Assembly (NCBI GenBank): GCA_964016885.1
Contig: OZ024751.1
Location: forward strand, 3,596,001 to 3,660,000
Direction of reading: 5' to 3'
DNA: 64,000 bases
From: Eledone cirrhosa
Taxonomy: Eukaryota
Part shown: one piece after another, positions 14,348 to 28,064 of the stretch
Position numbering within the stretch: the stretch's first letter is position 1
How the letters are laid out: each line of letters opens with the position of its first letter
Notes under the pieces: generated by a model
Told to the model about the DNA's origin: nothing
What the model saw: only the letters and a program-made list of their open reading frames with translations
Database searches by the model: none
Position numbers and translations under genes: made by a program

Positions 14348-15562
14348 GGCACTACCGCCATCACAATACCAGGTGGAGCGTATGCAGCGGACCACGATAT
14401 ATGACACAGCATACCTATGAATGCATGTCGGAACAAGCTGATATCAACGACAGGCCCAGAGATGCCTACCTCGTAACGTACCCTGGATAGCACCACCACA
14501 CAAATTTGCGGACGCCGACTCAATATAATCTGATTTGGTCTACAACCCTATGTGTGGTTTTAAATTGCCATATGTTTAAATTTTAAATTTCCACTCTTTG
14601 ATTTTCGATCTTAGATTCGTGGTGTTTAATTTGCTACTTAGATGCCGGACCTGATGCTGGTCTTAAGGTTAATGTCGCAGTTAATTTTAACTTTGCCTGC
14701 CGTTGATATATACCCACCTACAACACAAGCCGCTGGCACATTCCAATCATGCATACATTCCACGTACATTTCATATATACTGCTATGAAACACACACACT
14801 ATATATTCCATGTATACACCCATTCCATGTACATATCATATATACTATTATGAAATGGATGTTATACACATCCACAATATATATAACTTGTTTGTGTACG
14901 CACGCACGGTCCCCATGCGTCCACCAGCCATGAGACCTGCATCATGTGCAGACTCTTACCCAGTACCTTAGATCACCAGTCGCCATGTATATTAAATAAC
15001 CATATGTACCAGAGCCCTCAAGTATTTTATGACACTTTATGCACACCCCAATAATGTCCGGACCCCCTCTGCATCCTTGTCATGTATACATTTCTTTTTC
15101 CAGCATTTTATTTTATTTTATTTTATTATATATTATTTTATTCTATGTACATACAGGCATTTTATATATATATATATGCCACCCAAGTTATATGTGATTA
15201 TTGCAAAGATACTATGCGGCTATAACATTTATGCATATTGTGCATGCACTTTCGGGCTTATATCACCACAGGATTGGGTTGGGTCCTAGCCTCAAGAACG
15301 TTGTCCCATATAATACTATGTGCACCATGTGCACAGCTGCGCGTGTGTGTACGGATGGGTGGCTATTCATCACATATGCGCCCTCGATATGAAGATATGC
15401 GGGTGCATGTATGTATGTGCGTCCACGCATATATGCATGCGCACGTGTGTGCACATGTCTGGATGGATGTAATTGTATGAACATGTCTGCGTGAGGGTAT
15501 GAATGCCTATGTGTAGATCTTTCTTCTTTTTTTTTCCTCTGTGTATATATGTGCAGCGTCTT

Positions 15563-15978
15563 AACTATACACGCTTCTCTGAGTACAGTGGGTGAGTGTA
15601 GATATGTATATATCAACTGTACACACTTCCCTGAGTATAGTGTGAGTGTAGAGATATGTGTATATCAACTATACACACTTCCCTGAGTACAGTGTGTGAG
15701 TGTAGATATGTATATATCAACTGTACACGCTTCCCTGAGTACAGTGTGTGAGTGTAGATATGTGTATATCAACTATACACGCTTCCCTGAGTACAGTGTG
15801 TGAGTGTAGATATGTGTATATCAACTATACACACTTCCCTGAGTACAGTGTGTGAGTGTAGATATGTATATATCAACGGTACACGCTTCCCTGAGTACAG
15901 TGGGTGAGTGTAGATATGTATATATCAACTATACACGCTTCTCTGAGTACAGTGGGTGAATGTAGATATGTGTATATT
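15563..15978 (+). repeat. 52-bp minisatellite, ~8 copies, inside PLE 3' UTR
   Basis: GAGTACAGTG.GTGAGTGTAGATATGT.TATATCAAC..TACAC.CTTC.CT starting at 15581, 15633, 15685, 15737, 15789, 15841, 15893, 15945. Confidence 0.95.
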
Positions 15979-16510
15979 TATCAACAATACCTTCGAAATA
16001 ACTTTTTTTGAAAGGCTGTTCCAAACATTCATTTAAAAACGTTCTTTGCACAGAGTTATTTTCTTTTGGAAATATGGATGTTTTAAGGTATTCTGAGGCT
16101 GTGTTCTTGAAACGTTATGCTAAATATTTTTCTAATATTTTTCGAATTTGTTTTAAAAATTCCCTCCAAGCATTATTTACGGTGATCGTCGCATACAATA
16201 CAGTTGAGGGTGTGTACGTGATCGGTGTAGACGAGGGCGCCTAAAGACAGTGAAGATGTCGAGGGCCGCCAGCTGTTCAACATACAACCCCTTACCTACT
16301 ACAGTAGTAATTCCGACCTAAGAAACAAATTTGATTGATAGGTGGAAAATGAAAAGAACCAAATAGTGGACAACCATGAGTGGCTAAAAATATCGATGAC
16401 GTGTACAATTCTTGACCACTCATGGAATGACAACAACAGGATCTAAGCCGACAGGCGAAGGATATCGATGTAAAAGGGCATAGGAAAATCTGCTTTGTAG
16501 AATCAAGACG

Positions 16511-16623
16511 TATCTGAAGACTTTGCGTTTTTCAGAGTCAGGTTCGATCATCACACCGATCGTGCCTCGAGCTGGTCGCCAGAGAAACGATTGGAATATG
16601 TCCAATAAATTCCATTCGTCGTA
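16511..16623 (+). ncRNA. Probable hammerhead ribozyme at the 3' end of the 11369-16648 PLE
   Basis: TAT-CTGAAGA-ctttGCG...CGCcaga-GAAA-CGAtTGGAAT...ATTCCAtTCG-TC/GTA; strong stem III with AATAAA in its loop, weak stems I and II. Confidence 0.5.
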
Positions 16624-16644
16624 ACACTGATTCTCTTTTTTTCT

Positions 16645-16754
<110 letters not shown>

Positions 16755-16899
16755 ACAGTCACTCCTCTCTTTATATACTCACACATACAATCTCTCTTTC
16801 TCGCTCTGGCAATTTTATAAAAAACCAAAGAACCACAACATACACACACATCAGCGTGGTGAAAACAATCCAAATCGCTTCATCTTTCTCCTTCACTCT

Positions 16900-17137
16900 C
16901 TCTCTATATAGTATAGATATACCGGACATATTGAAATTTAAATTTTTTAAAAGAAGAGTCGTGAACTATGCAATAATATTTTTAATATATGTTTAATCAT
17001 GTTACGATTAAATTATATAGTAAATTATGTAATATTCTGTCATTATTTCTTCAAAGTAATCCAACTTATTTTACAAAAGAGATAAAAAATAATATTCTGG
17101 ATGCAGTCCCGCACTCCTTTCTTTATTATAGTTAAGA
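16900..17137 (-). mobile_element. Helitron-like 5' fragment
   Basis: Minus strand begins A|TCTTAACTATAATAAAG; homologous to 30760-30956. Confidence 0.55.
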
Positions 17138-17215
17138 TATATATATATGTATGTAGGTATGTTTATATATATATATGCATGTATGTTTATATATATGTAT
17201 GTATATATATATATG

Positions 17216-17274
<59 letters not shown>

Positions 17275-17275
17275 G

Positions 17276-17358
<83 letters not shown>

Positions 17359-17389
17359 GTGTATGTGTGTGTGTGTGTATGTGTGTGTA

Positions 17390-17880
17390 CCCAAATATCA
17401 CCCTCCTCACCAAGCAAGCTTGATGGGGTTGCCGGCTTAGTCCCCGATGAACCAACCATGAGACAGGTTGTACTGGCTTACATGTTACCAGTAGCACTCG
17501 AGAGGCCCTGACATATGCAGGATGAAATACAAGACCCGACAAAGGGCAGAGGAACTTAGCAGAGTCAAGGGCCATCCAAATGGTACTTTTTTTTTCACCT
17601 GGGAGTGAAAGGCCTCCAGTTGTTGTCACAACACCTTTCTAGGAGAGGGAAACTCTGAAAATAAAACCTGCGGCTTCGGAAGCATCCGATGATGTTGATC
17701 AGTACTCCTTTTCGCGTAGTGTTTTCGATGCTCAGAGAGTGGGATTGATGGAGTGCAAGGCCTTTCCCCATTTAAAAAACCTTCAAAGTACCGGCATAAC
17801 TTGTTCAGGTACCTAAAAGTGTACCATTTTCTATAATCTGACAACCGATTGCAATACTCTTAGCAGAGTTTGCAGCCATC
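17390..17880 (+). mobile_element. Probable RTE-type 5' UTR-derived repeat
   Basis: Contains CTAGGAGAGGGAAACTCTGAAAATAAAACC, resembling motifs I associate with RTE 5' regions; bounded by microsatellites. Confidence 0.3.
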
Positions 17881-17951
17881 ATATATATGTATATATATAT
17901 ATGTGTGTGTGTGTCTATATATATATGTGTGTGTGTGTGTGTGGGTGTATG

Positions 17952-17995
<44 letters not shown>

Positions 17996-18108
17996 TATGC
18001 ATATATATATGGGCATGTATATAATATATACATGCCCATATATATATTGTTCTCGGTATGGTGAATTGACTGTTATGTTACTACTTATATATATATGTAT
18101 ATATATAT

Positions 18109-18536
18109 ACGATATTAAACAAATGGAAACTATATTTATAAAACCATATTTATTTCGTTATATATATTTCTGGGATATCATATTAAAAATATGGTATGCC
18201 TTCCTCAGACAAAATACAATACATAAGCTGTTTTATAAATAATTATTGACATACCTTATAATAATGCAACTTTTTAAATGGAAGTTGCATTATTATGAGG
18301 TATGTCAATAATTATTTATAAAACAGCTTATGTATTGTATTTTGTCTGAGGAAGGCATACCATATTTTTAATATGATATCCCAGAAATATATATAACGAA
18401 ATAAATATGGTTTTATAAATATAGTTTCCATTTGTTTAATATCGTAAACCTACTCCAGAAACTGTTGAGTGCTTTTATATCAGTTATAAAATATTTACTC
18501 GTTGTAACCCAACAATCTTAAATAAAACTTTTGCAT
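18109..18536 (+). mobile_element. Solo pLTR of the 40679-46282 PLE family with 5' inverted copy (fold-back)
   Basis: 18109-18273 is the reverse complement of 18281-18445; tail matches 42300-42415. Confidence 0.85.
18338..18403 (+). ncRNA. Hammerhead ribozyme (mirror copy on minus strand at ~18151-18216)
   Basis: TATTTTGT-CTGAGGA-aGGcATAcCATATT..AATATGaTATcCCa-GAAA-TATATA-TA/ACGAAATA. Confidence 0.75.
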
Positions 18537-18556
18537 GTATATATATATATATATAT

Positions 18557-19058
18557 ATTGTTATACTTGGGGAGGGTCATATTTGTGTAATGTTGCCAGA
18601 ATTAATAACAGAACATACTCACTGTTTGGTTGGTTTACGCTTTTCGCTTCTGTGTCTTTTATATCGGTAATCTAATTTATTCGGTCCTCAATGTTGCCAT
18701 TGACTGACCAACGGTCAAATATAATACAGATACAATATAGACACAAACACATATATATAGTTTATCAAAGTTCTTTCGTTGCACATCTGCAACATCGTCA
18801 GTGGTGCTATTGTTTCCTCCCGTTACATTGTATGTCTACGCCATCTTTATTTTGTCTGTTTATATATTTATTTATTTATTTGTTTGTTTGTTTATTTTAT
18901 GTTGTCTTCTTTGCGCATGCGTTTGCGTGTGTGTATAGTGTTTTGTTTGATGTGTGTTCGTGATTGGGTGACTGTGTATTGGTTAATGTAATCCATGTTT
19001 ACTAGTGTGTGTTTATATGTGTTTGTTGTTATTGTGCTTGTGTATTTATTTATTTATT

Positions 19059-19060
<2 letters not shown>
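18557..19060 (-). mobile_element. Non-coding PLE 3' fragment with HHR-like motif (~18764-18805); same family as 58832-59595
   Basis: Near-identical to 58832-59325; minus strand CTGACGA-tGTTGC...GCAAC-GAAA-GAAC-TT. Confidence 0.65.
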
Positions 19061-19089
<29 letters not shown>

Positions 19090-19104
19090 ATATATATGTA
19101 TGTA

Positions 19105-20044
19105 TATATCCAAAATTTAATTAAGGGTATCATGTCTGAGAGACATCCGTCATATTCACTGCAGAATAAGCTCAAAGATTCCAATGAATAGATCCGAGCA
19201 TCAACTAGAAATAGATTGACATATATATATAAAATAAACATATGAAACAATCACAGGGAATAATTTGTAAAGTGTGTAAGCACACATAGCTATGGAGGTA
19301 ACCAATTAAAGTTTAACTAGAACTTCAAATATAGATACCTTTTAAAATGATTAATCTCCTTTGTATATATTTCGTTTAATAAAAAATATATTTCACCAAT
19401 TAATCGGTAAATCACAGTAGTCAAGTCCCGGATGGTCATCAAAGGATAAGATCCAACCATCTGTATTTACACAGCAAATGCAAATCTGTGAATGACTCGT
19501 ACCACGTGTTGCATTTAAAAAAAGAATACACACATAGCACAACGTCATCCCAGTGGCATGAATAGGATTATCGACAGCTAGAAATAGCAGCCCAGTCCTC
19601 AATTTAATTTTGGATATATATACGGCCCCGTAATTGTAGAGCTAATTCAGTTGACTAGACTCGGCTGCTAAATCTAGCTGTCGATAATCCTATTCACGCC
19701 ACGGGGGTAAGCTGTGCGATGTGTGTATTTTTTTTTAAATGCAACACGTGGTACAGATTTGCATTTGCTGTGTAAACACAGATGGTTGGATCTTCTCCTT
19801 TGGTGACCATCCAGGATTTGACTACTGTGATTTACCGATTAATTGGTGAAATATATTTTTTATTTAACGAAATATATACAAAGGAGATTAATAATTTTAA
19901 AAGGTATATATATTTAAAGTTCTAGTTAAACTTTAATTGGTTACCTACCTAGCTATGTGTGCTTACACACTTTACAAATTATTCCTTGTGATTGTTTTAT
20001 ATGTTTATTTTATATATATATGTCAATCTATTTCTAGTTGATAT
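19105..20044. repeat. Fold-back element, ~390-bp inverted arms (19199-19597 / 19658-20044), in (TA)n
   Basis: CATCAACTAGAAATAGATTGAC... versus ...GTCAATCTATTTCTAGTTGAT; arms visibly diverged. Confidence 0.8.
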
Positions 20045-20073
20045 GTATGTATATATATATGTATATATATATA

Positions 20074-20186
<113 letters not shown>

Positions 20187-20193
20187 TATATAT

Positions 20194-21902
20194 AATATTA
20201 ATTCAAAATATTAACAAAATAGATATTCTTGTGATCATGTATATTTTATTATATGTATATTTTATTATACATATTTCAGAGGTACTGAGTTAAGTTCAAC
20301 AGTACGTCCTCATCACATAAAATAAGATGATGTATGACATACCCTGACATAGTAGATGGTTAAGATTCAGTCATTTTAGTGATTAACATATGACAAAACT
20401 CAATATTTATACCCTAATATTGAGAACATGAGAAAAATATATAATACAAACAATAGAGAGGGTTCGTGTAATATAGCTTAAAAAATACATGGCATCAATA
20501 TAACAGTTAAAATTTTTTTTTAAACTGCTGAAGAAAGAGGAAAGAAAGGAAAGCTTAGAGGAAGAAACAGCTGATGTGATAATATATTTAGTAGGTGCCT
20601 CGAAACAAATGAGAGATGATTAAAGAGAGAGACAAAGGGGAGTAATTTATGTTCAAGTTTATAGACAATTATCCATATATGCAAAATATATCCAAACTTA
20701 TTTATTTGACCGTTAATATTCAAAATATTTAATTTCAGTTATTTCAGAGTAATGAGTAATATTTTAGGTTTTAAAAGTTAATATGTATCTGTATTAATAT
20801 TATATTATACTATCAAGTTTAATTTCTAAAATTCAAATTTTATGAAAACAAATTTAAAGGATTTACGAAACACAAGAAAGAAAATATATAATGCTTTTAT
20901 ACCCTCACGAAGGTAATCTTTACCAAAATTATTTATAATATTGACAACAGTTTATATAATATAATTTATAAAATAATTATAGTTATAATTATTAAAGAAT
21001 TTATGATTAAACAGCTTCAGTGCCTAAAGGATCAACCGGCATTATAACTAAACTGTTGTCAATATTATAAATAATTTTGGTAAAGATTACCTTCGTGAGG
21101 GTATAAAAGCATTATATATTTTCTTTCTTGTGTTTCGTAAATCCTTTAAATTTGTTTTCATAAAATTTGAATTTTGGAAATTAAACTTGAGAGTATAATA
21201 TAATATTAATACAGATACCTATTAACTTTTAAAATCTAAAATATTACTCATTACTCTGAAATAACTGAAATTAAATATTTTGAATATTGACGGTCAAATA
21301 AATAAGTTTGGATATATATTGCATATATGGATAATTGTCTATAAACTTGAACATAAATTACTCTCCTTTGTCTCTCTCTCTCTCTCTCTTTAATCATCTC
21401 TCATTTGTTTCGAGGCACCTGCTAAATATATTATCACATCAGCTGTTTCTTCCTCTATGCTTTCCTTTCTTTCCTCTTTCTTCAGTAGTTTTTAAAAAAA
21501 GATTTTTTAGCTGTTATATTGATGCCATGCATTTTTTAAGCTGTATTACACGCACCCTCTCTATTGTTTGTATCATATATTTTTCTCATGTTCTCAATAT
21601 TAGGATATAAATATTGAGTTTTGTCATATGTTAATCACTACCATGACTGAATCTTAACCATCCACTATGTCAGGGTATGTCATGCATCATCTTATTTTAT
21701 CTGATGAGGACGTACTGTTGAACTTAACTCAGTACCTCTGAAATATGTATAATAAAATATACTTGATCACAATAATATCTATTTTGTTAATATTTTGAAT
21801 TAATATTAATAACTCTGGAAAACCTTTTTTCGGTAGAGTTCTTCCAATCTATTGTAAAACTCATCTTTGATGTATTCATTTTACCTTGTTTAACTTTTAA
21901 AT
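20194..21902 (+). mobile_element. Fold-back PLE-type element: ~760-bp inverted arms (20194-20954 / 21049-21810) plus 3' tail
   Basis: Arms reverse-complementary around a ~95-bp spacer; HHR in each arm; (TA)n flanks. Confidence 0.85.
21693..21759 (+). ncRNA. Hammerhead ribozyme (mirror copy ~20258-20324 has a C3G change)
   Basis: TATTTTAT-CTGATGA-GGAcGTACTG...CAGTACcTCT-GAAA-TATGTA-TA/ATAAAATA. Confidence 0.85.
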
Positions 21903-21928
21903 ATATATATATATATAGTAATATATAT

Positions 21929-21963
<35 letters not shown>

Positions 21964-22674
21964 GTAATAATAATAAATATATCTATCCTTATCGAGCCCA
22001 AAGAGGGCTCGATAAGGATAGATATATATCAAATATATAAGAACCGTATAGCAAATATTTATTAAAATAACAGATTAAAGTTTAAGCAAAGAATCGCTGC
22101 TTTCACCCTTAACGGGATCTTCTGAAACTAACAAAGTCAATCTGTAAACGCAGAACTGGATATTTCAAAAAACGTTGCAACCGGAGGAAGACAGGAAGAC
22201 GATACTTTGGTTCGTAGAAACGTTCGCTGGCAAAGAACGGGAAAAAACGAATAATACGTCATTAATAGGAGCGGTGAAAAGCAATTACGCGCAAAGACAG
22301 AACCACGTTTATGGTTTAAAAGAGGTCGTAGACTAATGTTCTCTTAGGTGGTGCATAGAGACGTTCTCTGGCAATGAACGAAAAAACGAAGATAATACGT
22401 CATATGTGGAGCGTAGAGAACAATAGCACGCAAAGACAAAACCACGTAAATGGTATAGCAGAAGTCGTAGACTAAATTCTAACTAGGAGACCAAATGAAT
22501 CTCCGCTACAGAGTTAAGAACAAAGTAAATAAATACAATACAGAAGTAATAGAAATAAATAAATACATACACGCAAACAAATACGTACATACACAAGCAT
22601 ACGCAAAACCTTACCATAGGTATACAAAACCACGCACATATAAATATGTGTGTGTGTGTGTATGCGTGTATACA

Positions 22675-24323
22675 TCTGATCTCAACATCCTGGACTGAAC
22701 CTCTGGACCCTATTTCTCCCCACTTTACCCTGAAGGATCACAAATCCAATTTTCCGAACAACCCCTCTATTCGGCTTATTAACCCTACGAAGTCCGATTT
22801 AGGTAGACTTAGTAAAACGATTCTTGATAGAATTATACCTGAAATTAGAAGTTTGGCCCCTCTTGCACTGTGGAACAATTCTTTCGCGGTGATTGATTGG
22901 TTCAACGGCATATGTAACAAGGAACATTGCCGTTTTATCCAATTCGACATCAATAATTACTACTCCTCCATCACTTTACCACTTCTTCTTAGAGCTATCA
23001 ATTTCGCTAAAACACTCACAGTGGTTAGGGATTTCGAAGTTGATGTCATCCTCAATGCCCGAAAGTCGGTGATTAATTTAGACGACTCTATTTGGATTAA
23101 AAAATCCAATAGTACCCCCATTCGACGTGAGTATGGGCGCCAGTGACTCTGCGGAGGTTACTGATCTTATTGGCCTTTTCCTTCTTTTCTCTATCAAGGA
23201 CGAATTCCCCAACGCGGGCGGTGGTTTGTACCGTGACGATGGTCTTTTGACCATGACTAAGTGCGGACCTCGTGCTTGCGACAGGTTCAGAAAAGAACTC
23301 ACAGCCTTCTTTAAAGGCTTCAACCTCTCTATACAGGTTGAGGCCAATCTCTCGGTCGTTAATTACCTCGACGTTACCTTCAATTTATTGAATGGGTGGC
23401 ATTACCCGTATAAAAAGCCGAATGATACGCTTAATTACATAAGTAAGCATTCCAACCATCCTGCCAGCATAACCAAGAACCTGGTAAGAAACGTTTCGTT
23501 GAGGCTTTCCCGTATTTCCACCAGCGAGCGTATTTTCAACGACCATTCCACTTATTACAATGAAGCTCTTGCTCGAAGTGGATTTGTCGATAAGGTAGCA
23601 TATACAGAGTACGAAAATAGACCTAGAAGAAATAGATCCCGTCGCATTTGTTTGTATAACCCACTATATAATATGGAGGTGGCCACACCATTAGCTAAGA
23701 TCTTTCTTTCCCTTATTACGAAGCATTTTCCCCCTACACATAAATATAGTAAAACTTTTAATAGAAATACTATTAAAATTTCTTACTCTACGACTCCTAA
23801 CCTTGCACATAACATCACAGCTTCAAATTTAGCTAATCTACCTAGCCGTAGGAATACGTGCAACCCTGTAGTTAGTACTAACTGTAATTGTAGGAATCGG
23901 GCTGATTGCCCCCTATCCGGGAAATGCATCTCTAGTAACATTGTCTACAAATGTAAGGTTGTAACACCCACGTCCCGTAGGGACTACATAGGGTTAACCG
24001 CCAATAGTTTCAAGCAGCGTCTTTACATGCATGCCCATTCTTTTCGTTACCCTCTAAGAAGGAATATGACGTCACTTTCAGCTTATATCTGGAGTCTAAA
24101 AGACAACCACACCCAATGTAAGTTACACTGGGAGATCCTAGCTAGGGCTAGATCGTATAACGGAAATAAAAGACCATGTGACCTCTGCGCCGCTGAGGCC
24201 CTGGAAATGCTCTACGCCACAGACCACATCTTAAACAAAAAATCTGAGGCAATTTCGGCTTGTAAACATAAATTGCACAAAACTTTCCTGTATTACAGCC
24301 CCACGTTATACCCTAACGGATAG
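22675..24323 (+). pseudogene. PLE RT + GIY-YIG endonuclease, 5'-truncated, one frameshift near 23110-23125
   Basis: TLKDHK.NF....RLINPTKSDLG, QFDINNYYSSI; MGASDSAEVTDLIG, GGLYRDDGL, NYLDV, CNCRNRADCPL, NIVYKC, YIGLT..FKQRLY.H, CDLC..E, LNKKSE...CKH. Confidence 0.92.
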
Positions 24324-25248
24324 TACGATCTATACGTGGATATTTCACGTCTTGATGTGGGAGCTAAGTATATGTTTTGTTTATTCCTTTACTTATTTGC
24401 ACAGGTAAGTATATATTACCCGTAGGTTTTGTGAAGGTACGTATACCTTCTCGTACCTATATTTGATTGTTATGGCGTATAATTTTATATTTCTGGTATA
24501 TAGGGTTTGGCTATGTGTATACGGGAGTTTTGCGTCTGTGTGAGTATGCAGGTTCGTACGTATGGTGGGTGCGTTTATATGTGTACCTCTTGTTTTAGTT
24601 GACTTACGTCTCCGAACATTCGTGTATTTATATGTAGGTATGTGTGTGCGCTTGTTATATACGTATTTATTTATTTGTATACGTTTATATAATTATTTAT
24701 TTATTTGTATACACGCATACACACACACACATATTTATATGTGCGTGGTTTTGTATACCTATGGTAAGGTTTTGCGTATGCTTGTGTATGTACGTATTTG
24801 TTTGCGTGTATGTATTTATTTATTTCTATTACTTCTGTATTGTATTTTTTTACTTTGTTCTTAACTCTGTAGCGGAGATTCATTTGGTCTCCTAGTTAGA
24901 ATTTAGTCTACGACTTCTGCTATACCATTTACGTGGTTTTGTCTTTGCGTGCTATTGTTCTCCACACTCCACATATGACGTATTATCTTCGTTTTTTCGT
25001 TCATTGCCAGAGAACGTCTCTATTCACCACCTAAGAGAACATTAGTCTACGACCTCTTTTATACCATAAACGTGGTTCTGTCTTTGCGCGTAATTGCTTT
25101 TCACCGCTCCTATTAATGACGTATTATTCGTTTTTTCCCGTTCTTTGCCAGCGAACGTTACCACGAACCAAAGTATCGTCTCCCTGTCTTCCTCCGGTTG
25201 CAACGTTTTTTGAAATATCCAGTTCTGCGTTTACAGATTGACTTTGTT

Positions 25249-25299
25249 AGTTTCAGAAGATCCCGTTAAGGGTGAAAGCAGCGATTCTTTGCTTAAACT
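25249..25299 (+). ncRNA. Hammerhead-like motif with CAGAAGA (U4A) core; copies at ~22079-22129(-) and ~31606-31656(+)
   Basis: AGTTT-CAGAAGA-tCCCgttaaGGGt-GAAA-GCA...TGC-TT/AAACT. Confidence 0.6.
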
Positions 25300-25388
25300 T
25301 TAATCTGTTATTTTAATAAATATATATATATATATATATATATTTAAAAGTTAAACAAGGTTCAATGAATACATCAAAGAATGAGTTT

Positions 25389-25419
<31 letters not shown>

Positions 25420-25420
<1 letters not shown>

Positions 25421-25670
25421 GATATAGATAGGTAAATATACACGGGTGTGTATGATTGTGTATAGAAGATTATATTAATAAGAGAAATTCCAACTTTGTC
25501 TGATTTACTCGTTTTATTTACAATCCTTTAAAATATATATAATATGGTATTATAATGAAATAGTATGATAGAATATTAAATTCTAAGTGTTAATTGAACA
25601 AGTACTTTCATGCTTTCGCAATCTTCAGGTTCATGATATGTGGTGACAGTCGAGTTTGCAATATTCAACT
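25420..25670 (-). mobile_element. Short HHR-bearing element; second copy at 51208-51455
   Basis: Near-identical ~245-bp segments next to (TA)n. Confidence 0.75.
25595..25633 (-). ncRNA. Minimal 39-nt hammerhead ribozyme (identical copy 51381-51419)
   Basis: Minus strand: TGAAC-CTGAAGA-tTGCgaaaGCAt-GAAA-GTAC-TT/GTTCA. Confidence 0.8.
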
Positions 25671-25982
25671 GTAATGAGATGGGTAAATTTCCTACCTTTT
25701 ATACATTTTATACAGAGAAAAGTGGCTCCAGAATGCAAATATATATATACATATATATATACATATAAATATGTGTGTGAATTATTAACTATTATTATAA
25801 TTATTTGGATTGTGTCGACAATATTTCCAAATATTAAATTTCCCAATATTTCGTAAGTCAGCTACTCTTGTTTTTACATACACGCATATACATACATATA
25901 TATGTAGATATACATGCATACATACATACATACATACATACATACATACATACATACATACATACATACATACATACATACA

Positions 25983-26014
<32 letters not shown>

Positions 26015-26217
26015 AGCGATAACAAAATATCGTTATAAGTTAGAGGTTGTGAATACTTCGTATTATGGATAGTTTTAGCGTACGGCGTTGTTTGACTCAA
26101 CAAGAAGTTTACGTGGGTGGCGAGTTTATGAGTTCTCTATGTAAGTTTATCTTGGAGTAATAATATTGAAAGAGTGAAGAATAACATGGTCAACAGTACA
26201 AAAAAGGGTTTTATTTA

Positions 26218-26329
26218 CAGTCTGACAATTGTTTCACTGATTAAGTTGTCTAAAAATTGCTGAACACTTGAAGCTGTGCTACTCAATTTTAAATACGATG
26301 TTAGCTTAACCAGATCATCGGAAAAACTG
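26218..26329 (-). ncRNA. Hammerhead-like motif, U4C core, long loop II, within a minus-strand element (~26015-26900)
   Basis: Minus strand: CAGtttTT-CCGATGA-tCTGGTTAAG...CTTAATCAGt-GAAA-CAATTG-TC/AGACTG, then AATAAA. Confidence 0.7.
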
Positions 26330-27775
26330 TTAAAATATGTTCTGTTTTCACGAATTCAAATTACAGCATCATTAATAATATTAATAATAAAGATAGAGAG
26401 AAAAAAAAAGAGAGATAAAGAGAAAAAAAGAAAGAAAAAGGAGAAAGGAAAAAAGAGAAAGATACAGAGAAAAAAAGACAGAGAGAGAAGAGGATAGAAA
26501 GAGAAGAGAAAAGGATAAAGAAAAAATTAAAGGTAAAGAAAAAGAAAAATAAGGGAAAAATAATGATATCAACAATAAATAAATAAGTGCTAATAAATAA
26601 GTTACATCGAGAATGATACAAAATAATACAAAATATGAAAATAAATAAATAAAAAATGTTTATATGTGCGAAGAAAAGTAAACATAGTAAGATTATTGAG
26701 AGTAGTTGTGGTGTTGGTGGTTAAAACATAGGAAGGTATAAACATGAAAATGTTAAATATATTTATGTGTGTTTGGTTATTTTAATAAATTAATTAGATA
26801 AAAATTAATTATTTGATTAATTAATTGTAAGTATATTAGAAGTGAAAATAATACGATAAGATATGAAATAATATGTAAGAGATGGAATACATTTATAATA
26901 TACTATTATCATCATTATTATAACTAGCAGTAATGTATTGGGTAATTGCTGGCTTTGTGCCTAAAGTAGAAACAATTATTATTACTAGCAGAAAAACCAC
27001 CCTTCGGTGTGTATATTGATATTATACTCAAATATATATACATGTAGATATGTTACATCAAATAAAATCGTAATTGACAATATAAACAGAAATTGAACGA
27101 AGACGTTGTTACACTGTCTTGTGTAATTAGCAACGTAATCCATGATGCATTATAAAAAGACGATATCTATCTATAAGATTATAAAGCTGTGCGTCATGTG
27201 TATTATGTATGTATGTATCCTACACACCGCCCTATAGTTTCTTAGCTTTACTCTCTCCGTCGCTCTTCCCTCTCTCTATAATAGATCATTCCCCCTCTCT
27301 ATAATTTAACTGATTTACTCTCTCTGTCGCTATTCACTCTCAAATATTATAAAGCTGAGCGTCGTCTCCCTCTCTACTTCTTTCACCCTCCCGATAATTT
27401 AACTGCTTTACTCTTTGTCTCTCTTCACTCTATATAACAACACTCTTTTACTTTCCATAGAGATGAGCGTCGTATGTAAATTCGGTCAACACTTATTTAT
27501 CCTACACACCTCCCTATAGTTTCTTAACTTTACTCTCTCCGTCGTTCTTCCCTCTCTCTTTCATAGATCATTCCTCCTCTCTATAATTTAACTGCTTTAC
27601 TCTCTATGTCTCTCTTCACTCTCTAATATTATAAAGCTGAGCGTCGTCTCTCTCTCTCTCCCTCTTTCACCCTCTCTATAATTTAACTGCTTTACTCTCT
27701 GTCTCTCTTCACTCTCTATATGACAACACGCATTTACTTTCCGTATCTACCTTTAATATATCAATATATCAATAT

Positions 27776-28064
27776 ATACCCAGGCTCTGCTGCACGTCGG
27801 GCTGAGGGGGCCAAACTCCTCAAATACCGGTCGCTCTCCAACAGGTTTGCGGTCGTACCCCTGGCAGTGGAGACTTCTGGTGTCCTCGGCCACAGGGCTA
27901 CCTCCTTACTCACCACCATAGGCGCTGAGCTGGCCATCCGCAGGTGTGAGCCTCGCGAGTTGGAGTGGCTTTTCCAGCGCGTCTTCCTTGCCGTCCTCCG
28001 GGGAAACGCCTTCTCCATTCTGTCCGCCGGGGCTGTAGGTGGGCCCCATCGCGTACCGTTGTAG
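27776..28064 (+). pseudogene. CRE-clade non-LTR retrotransposon C-terminal (restriction-like endonuclease) fragment
   Basis: AARRAEGAKLLKY....F..VPLAVETSGVLG......L......WLFQRV.LAVLRGNA..I; GC-rich island. Confidence 0.8.

Larger units (their letters stand above)
21978..25323 (+). mobile_element. 5'-truncated Naiad-type PLE with ~620-bp inverted pLTR at its 5' end
   Basis: 22055-22673 is the reverse complement of 24706-25323; extra hairpin 21978-22027; pLTR has an internal ~138-bp duplication (24905-25160). Confidence 0.9.

Noticed and set aside
15563-15978. Regular 52-bp array as a CRISPR array or tandem HHR
   Set aside because: No unique spacers, eukaryotic context, no CUGANGA/GAAA core; an ordinary minisatellite
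19360-19450. Possible HHR on the minus strand (TTGATGA-CCA...TGGT-GAAA-TATATTT...AAATATA-TA)
   Set aside because: Stem I cannot form without consuming the core and the mirror copy reads TTGGTGA; too degenerate to call
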